Position numbers and translations under genes: made by a program. A DNA stretch of 63,918 nt, counting the filler, from Deltaproteobacteria bacterium (GTDB taxonomy: Bacteria; Myxococcota; JACRCW01), in assembly GCA_016218805.1 (NCBI GenBank). It is 4 parts of 4 records of this genome, joined end to end, with 100 filler letters (N's around TTAATTAATTAA, not from the genome) between each part and the next. Parts side by side here need not be neighbours in the genome. Positions count along the whole stretch, not along the records: positions 49,796 to 61,593 come from JACRCW010000094.1; positions 61,694 to 63,918 come from JACRCW010000158.1; 2 more parts are not named here. One strand, written 5' to 3'. Under the pieces are notes generated by a model. That model ran no database searches. It had not been told where the DNA came from and was given only the letters and a program-made list of their open reading frames with translations. Below, one piece after another: positions 58,815 to 63,918 of the stretch (the first letter of the stretch is position 1; each line of letters begins with the position of its first letter).

Positions 58815-60386
58815 TCACCACCTGGGCTGCACCAGGAACACGTCCATGTCCGGTGCCGGCAATTGCCCGAGAAGCTCGACGGTGCCCGCTTCGTGGTCCC
58901 AGAAGTACACGCCGCGTCCAGTGGCGGCCGCCGCGGTAAACAGGCGCGGGTCGTTGGTGCTGGTCCGCCCGTCGCCAAAGTCCAGGCGGCACCCGTTGCC
59001 ATGGACCAGGCTCAGTCCGCGCGGCTGTTCGCCCCCGTCCGCAAACACTTCCGAGCGTTGCAGGAACACGTCCTCGCCCCACGGGTTGAGGCCCAGCGGG
59101 CGGAGCTTCACCATCGTGCCGCCCAGCGCGCAGTCCCGGTCGTCCACGACGCTGCGGATGGTGCCGTCCCCGGCCAGCAGCACGACGGCGGAGACGACGG
59201 GGCGCAGCCCGACCACCGCCACGCCGCCGCGGGCGCTGGCCGCATGCACCTCTGCGCCCGCGTGGCCCACCACCGTGGTGTCAGTTGCCCCGCCGATGGT
59301 TTGCCATGCGCGCACGGTGCCGTCCGGGTCAACCACCACCACCAAGGCGTGGTCCGCTGAAAACGCGCCCTCTTCGGCGCTCCACGGCCCGCTGGCCAAC
59401 GTTCCGGCACGGGCGGCAACCACCACATTCTGCGTCACGTTGGAGGCAACCACCCAATCACCGGCGCTGCCACCATCCAGGCGCGGACCGGTGACGCCGG
59501 ACACCAGCAAACCCTGCCAATCGTCAAATGACCCGTGCGCGTAGGTTGCACTGTCCACCAGCGTGTCGTTGTAACCCACCAGCGGGCTGCGGCGGAGCAA
59601 CTCGTCGTGGAACCCGCCGTCCGCCAGCGGCCGCCGCACGGCAAACACAATGTGCCCGCTGGGTACGCCCAGTGCGCCCCGGTAGCGCACCTGACCGTTC
59701 CCCAGTGGCACGGCGGTCTCGATCACGCCGCCGTCACCCGGCGCGGTTGCACAGCGCATCTCCAGCAAGGCGTCCGCCAGGTCCGTCTGGGCCGCCAGCG
59801 CACACAGCCAGGGTCCATCCCAACCGCCGGGTGGTGTTGCGGCAAAGGCGCGGTATCGCCAGGAGGGCTCAAAGAACCGGCTCAAAAGCGCGCCGTCGGA
59901 GATGCGCACCATCCGCGCACCGGCAGCGGATTCCACCACGGAATAGTCGCCTTCCGGATTCCACAGCAGCACGCGCTCAAACGGCTCGGCCAGGGCGGCG
60001 CCCGCCGTCCAACCGCCGTCAGCGGGGTCCCGCACCCAGACCTGGGTGGCGCCGGAGCGGCCCCAGGCAACCAGCGCTTTGGCCATTCCCGGTGACGTGG
60101 GGCCACAGGCCGCGGCGTCACGCGCGCCCGCATCCACATTCCCGGATGCGCACAGCCCAATCACCGCCGGACCCGCGTCAGGCGCGCCTGCATCCCGGCC
60201 CGTCGCGCCCGACGAACTCGACGAACTCGAAGCCGCGCCGGACGAACTGCTGCCGCCCGAGGAACCCGTGGTGGCGGCGTCCGCCTCCGACACACCTGCG
60301 TCCCGCGTGAGTCCACCGACGCAGCCACCGGCCAGCCACGCGACCGCCAGGCACTGCCCCAACGCCTGCCACCGATTCCCTTCCAT
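58815..60386 (-). CDS. Hypothetical lipoprotein (distant paralog of the convergent gene)
   Basis: Lipobox LAGGC; Ser/DAG linker; shares blocks with 57421-58809. Confidence 0.72.
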   Translation of the reverse strand: MEGNRWQALGQCLAVAWLAGGCVGGLTRDAGVSEADAATTGSSGGSSSSGAASSSSSSSGATGRDAGAPDAGPAVIGLCASGNVDAGARDAAACGPTSPGMAKALVAWGRSGATQVWVRDPADGGWTAGAALAEPFERVLLWNPEGDYSVVESAAGARMVRISDGALLSRFFEPSWRYRAFAATPPGGWDGPWLCALAAQTDLADALLEMRCATAPGDGGVIETAVPLGNGQVRYRGALGVPSGHIVFAVRRPLADGGFHDELLRRSPLVGYNDTLVDSATYAHGSFDDWQGLLVSGVTGPRLDGGSAGDWVVASNVTQNVVVAARAGTLASGPWSAEEGAFSADHALVVVVDPDGTVRAWQTIGGATDTTVVGHAGAEVHAASARGGVAVVGLRPVVSAVVLLAGDGTIRSVVDDRDCALGGTMVKLRPLGLNPWGEDVFLQRSEVFADGGEQPRGLSLVHGNGCRLDFGDGRTSTNDPRLFTAAAATGRGVYFWDHEAGTVELLGQLPAPDMDVFLVQPRW

Positions 60387-60519
60387 GTCTTCTCCCCCCG
60401 CATGCTGGTGTACCGCACCGCGATAGCTTGCCCCCCACGGGATTGCACGTCGTCAGTACGACTGGAGCTCGGGCCGCAGCGATTCGCGTGTTTTCCGTGG
60501 GCTTGAACTCAACCCTGGG

Positions 60520-61452
60520 TCACGGCGCGCGTGTGAACACATACTCCTGTTGCGGCGCACGCAGCGTGAGTTGCGGCCTGCCGTCCTTGACCTGCGCGAG
60601 AAAGTCAAACCCGACCAGTGGCGGATCCAACAGCACCACGCTGAACGTTCCGTCCTCCTCGGCCTGCTGGCCAAAGGCGCTCTTCCATTCGCCCGCGTCC
60701 AGCACCGCGCGCTTGCCGTCATACGTGATGCGGAGGCGCCCCAGAATCGCGTTGTCAAAAGATCCCACCAGGGACTTCGCCCACGCCGGGTCCGGCGTTT
60801 CGCGTAGTTTCTCCCGCTCTTTCGCCACCGCCTCGTCACGGCGCTTCAGTGAAAACTCCAGGTTGGCCAGCGCCTCCTCATTCCCGTCAAACAGGACCTC
60901 CAGGATCCGCCGCCGTACCGCGCGCAGGAACGCGCCCGCGCCGTCCACGTTGGTCAGCACCACCACGCCCACGCCGTGCTCGGGTAGAACGTACAAATCT
61001 GTGTTGAACCCCAGCGTCCCACCGTTGTGCCAGACCAGTTGGACGCCGTGATCATCCTCCACCACCACGCCCAGTCCGTAGGACGCCTTGTCGTTGATGC
61101 GCGCCATGGGTTCCCGGCGCTTGAGCAGGTTGGCTTCTGAAACCACCTGTTTCCCATCCGGCATGCGGCCGCGTCCCAGCTCGGCCAGCGCATAGCGGGA
61201 CATGTCATGCACGCTGGACCACGCGCCGCCCGCGGGGCGGATGGGTGGCACCCAGTTCTCCGCGGACACGTCCACGGGGACAAAGTCCATCTTCACGTTT
61301 GGCGCGTGCGGGTTGGCGTGGTCGGAGCGGCGTGCGCGCGCGGGGTCAAACGTCGTGGAGGTCATGCCCAGTGGATCCAATACGCGGGACTGCATGACCG
61401 CGTCATAGGCCGGCCCCAGCGGCCGGGACGGGTCCGCGGTGTGCGCGGCCAG
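60520..61452 (-). pseudogene. Serine hydrolase (beta-lactamase family), C-terminal part only
   Basis: RVLDPLGMTST, PAGGAWSSVHDMSRY, YGLG, WHNGGTLGF, GVGVVVLTN. Similarity stops near 61452, and the SxxK and YxN motifs are missing. Confidence 0.7.
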
Positions 61453-61593
61453 GCGAGGCGGATTCGATCCTGAGCAACCGGGTGAGCGAGAAGTTGTGGC
61501 GCGGAGCAACGCAGGTCCGTTCCACGACGCGTGGCGGGCTTGCCGCAGGCAAGCCCATCTACCCGCCCCCCTTGGGGGGCGGCCCTCGACGAC

Positions 61594-61693
61594 NNNNNNN
61601 NNNNNNNNNNNNNNNNNNNNNNNNNNNNNNNNNNNNNTTAATTAATTAANNNNNNNNNNNNNNNNNNNNNNNNNNNNNNNNNNNNNNNNNNNN
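61594..61693. other. Artificial contig linker
   Basis: N44-TTAATTAATTAA-N44. Confidence 0.99.
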
Positions 61694-63781
61694 CAGGTCA
61701 CGCAAGCCGCCGCCCCGAATGGACGACATTTCCGCCAGCGAGCCCGACGCGAGCTGCCACGACGAAAGCGTCGCATCACCCGGTGCAAACGCCGCGGCAC
61801 CCGGCGGCGCCGGCGGCCATTCCAAGACGGCGGGTACCGCCGGCACCGGCGCGTACACCGTCCAGGAGCGCGTGCCGTCCTCGGCGCGGAGGCGTACAAA
61901 GTCCGCTTCCCGCGGGATTCGCGTCAACGTGTAGGTCCGTTGCGAAGGCGACCAGCGGCCATCCGGAATCCCAAGGAATGCCGGCGCGGCGAACGCGGAC
62001 GCCTGCGCATCGCTCCAAAAGCGGGCATGACCGACCAGCAGCGATGTCGGTCGGGACACCTCGTATTCGTCACCCGGCCACGACGCGAGAACCATCGCCA
62101 GCGGCGGGAACGCCTCCAGGCCATCGTGCGCGTACGCGTGCGACACGCGCACCTGGCCAGGCTGGAGGCCATCACATCGTCGCGGCAGGCGCTCGGGCGC
62201 GGCACAGGAGACCACTCCGTCCTGCTCCGGCGACACCGGGCACTCCCAGGAGTTGTTGACGACGCACGCATCTGCCACCGCGTCAAAACCCAGCGGAACG
62301 AATCCCATCCTTGGGACCAGGACCCCCACCAGGATGACCGCCTGCATCAACCGCGGCGGGAACTCCCCTTCGACCGAAGGAAGCGGCGGCACCTGCCACA
62401 GCGCGCCCTGCCGCGCGGGGACCACCACCGGGGTGCGCGGCGCTGCGGACGGAACGCCCGCGTCCAGCCCCACCGGGCCGAGCAAACGGAAGTCCACGGC
62501 GTGGAGACCCTCACGAAATAGCGGAATTCGGTCCCAGAGGAATGCGTCGGGTGCGAGCATCCCCAAGTTGGCGAACGGGCCAAACCGGTTGATGGGGATC
62601 CGGTAGCCGAACGTCACCGCCGCGCGCGGACAGGGGTCGCCCGGACCGCACGTCCCGTCGGCGAGTGCCACCGCCACTGCCTTGACGCCGTCGTGCTGGA
62701 GACGGAGCGTCATGGCTGCGGGGTAGGCCAGCACCGCATTCTCCACCAACCCCTCAATGGTCATGAGCACGTCGACGGGGGGACCGGCCAGCGTGGCGAG
62801 GCTCAGCCGGTCCAGGTCGCCCGCCAACGAGACCACATGCAGCCCCTCCTGGACGTCGGCCAGACCGCCGATGTCCGGGCGGGTGACGCTGCCGCGCGGC
62901 GTCGCCCCGTGAACCGCCGGCACGCGCATCAGCAGGTCGCGCGTGCCGGGTGACATGAACGTCAGCCACCCGTGCGTCGCCGGCGCGGTTGTGATGTCCG
63001 AAACCTCCGCCAGGACGACGTTGACGAAGCGCGCGTGGCCGTCCTGGTCCGTGATCGCCTGCCGCACCGAGCCAGCATGCGTGCGCAGCTGCACCGGGGC
63101 GCCCTGAACGGGGCGGCCCGTGTCGGCATCCTCCACCACCACTTGCATCGCTTCGGGCGCGGCGGGCGCAACAACCAGGACGTTCACGCTGCAGAAGCGC
63201 CCGCCCCCTTCCGCGGTGATGACCGCCCGGCCCTCCGCAACGGCCCCGATGCGGCCGCGCGCGTCCACGTGGGCCACCGCGGGAGCGCTGCTGCCCATGA
63301 CGAATGGCAGCGAAATGAGCAAGCGTGAATCCGCAAGAATCCCGAAAAACGTGAGATCCCTCGTCGCGCCCGGCGTGAGGGTCACCGCGTCCACGTCCGC
63401 CATGCAGCCTGCCAGCGGCGGCAACGGGGGCGGTCCTTCGCAGCCGCTGGTGAAGCCACCGGCAACAACGCGGTTCGCGCAACGTTGCCCCGCGCCACAC
63501 GTGTCGGGCAGGTGCGGGTCGCACTGGGGAGGCTCGCACGTGCCGAACGGATTGCAGCGCCACGAGCCATCACAATGGGCATCCTCGTTGCAAGCCACCC
63601 TCGTGCACCGCCCGACCGAGCCGCTCCCGAACCGCGCACACTCGAACAGGGGATCGCAATCGCGCGTGAAGCGGCACTCGCCCGGTCCGAGTGCGCCGGC
63701 GTCCCGCTCCGCGGGCCCGCGCTCCAAACACCCAGCGAGGAGACCCGCGAGCGCGATGGAAAGCCAGCGGCGCACGCTCAC
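61694..63781 (-). CDS. Cys-rich lipoprotein with Big_2 Ig-like and carboxypeptidase-regulatory-like domains; 3' end at contig edge
   Basis: Lipobox LLAGC; CRFTRDC/CNEDAHC repeats; SSAPAVAHVDARGRI.AVAEGRAVITA (Big_2); VVVEDADTGRPVQGAPV...TDQDGHARF. Confidence 0.78.
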
Positions 63782-63813
63782 CTCCTCCTCGACACGGCCG
63801 CGGTCCGCGCCAC

Positions 63814-63918
63814 CAGGTCACGCAAGCCGCCGCCCCGAATGGACGACATTTCCGCCAGCGAGCCCGACGCGAGCTGCCACGACGAAAGCGTCGCATCACC
63901 CGGTGCAAACGCCGCGGC
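63814..63918. repeat. Exact 105-bp terminal direct repeat of 61694-61798
   Basis: CAGGTCACGCAAGCC...GGTGCAAACGCCGCGGC occurs identically at both ends of the last contig segment; period 2120 bp. Confidence 0.95.

Noticed and set aside
61694..63918. DGR template/variable repeat pair or a plasmid
   Set aside because: The two copies are identical with no adenine-specific mismatches, and no reverse transcriptase or rep gene is present.

Overview
This is high-GC (roughly 70%) bacterial DNA. Its gene content looks Myxococcota/deltaproteobacterial: Cys-rich lipoproteins, a Hanks kinase, a Pfa-type synthase and a SycD/LcrH-like TPR protein. The window is not contiguous. Four contigs (1-29887, 29988-49695, 49796-61593, 61694-63918) are joined by artificial 100-nt N44-TTAATTAATTAA-N44 linkers, so no synteny should be inferred across them. 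Contig 1 is mostly housekeeping and envelope genes (asnB-like, C25 peptidase, cyaY, thiolase, rnj, tandem TetR, carbamoyltransferase, dihydropyrimidinase, TrkA-type channel, kinase, nagZ, ClpS fusion, GH13-like, manC) plus two secreted-effector-like proteins. Contig 2 opens with a compositionally foreign, repeat-bracketed patch. It then carries lipoproteins, ion transporters, an SPFH pair, a T3SS-chaperone-like TPR protein, a PP-loop/AsnB pair and a DUF1521 (MIIA autocleavage)-like protein. Contig 3 has an unusual Pfa-type KS-MAT-DH4 synthase, an S9 peptidase and a paralogous lipoprotein pair. Contig 4 is a single gene with a 105-bp exact terminal repeat. The best lead is two unlinked effector-like genes (a LysM/beta-rich protein and the GDPH/DUF1521 protein) that share an identically spaced sigma28-like promoter, GCAAC-N14-nnCGATAw, each on a contig with a TPR chaperone-like gene. 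This suggests a dispersed type III secretion substrate regulon. All family calls come from motif recognition by eye; no searches were run.
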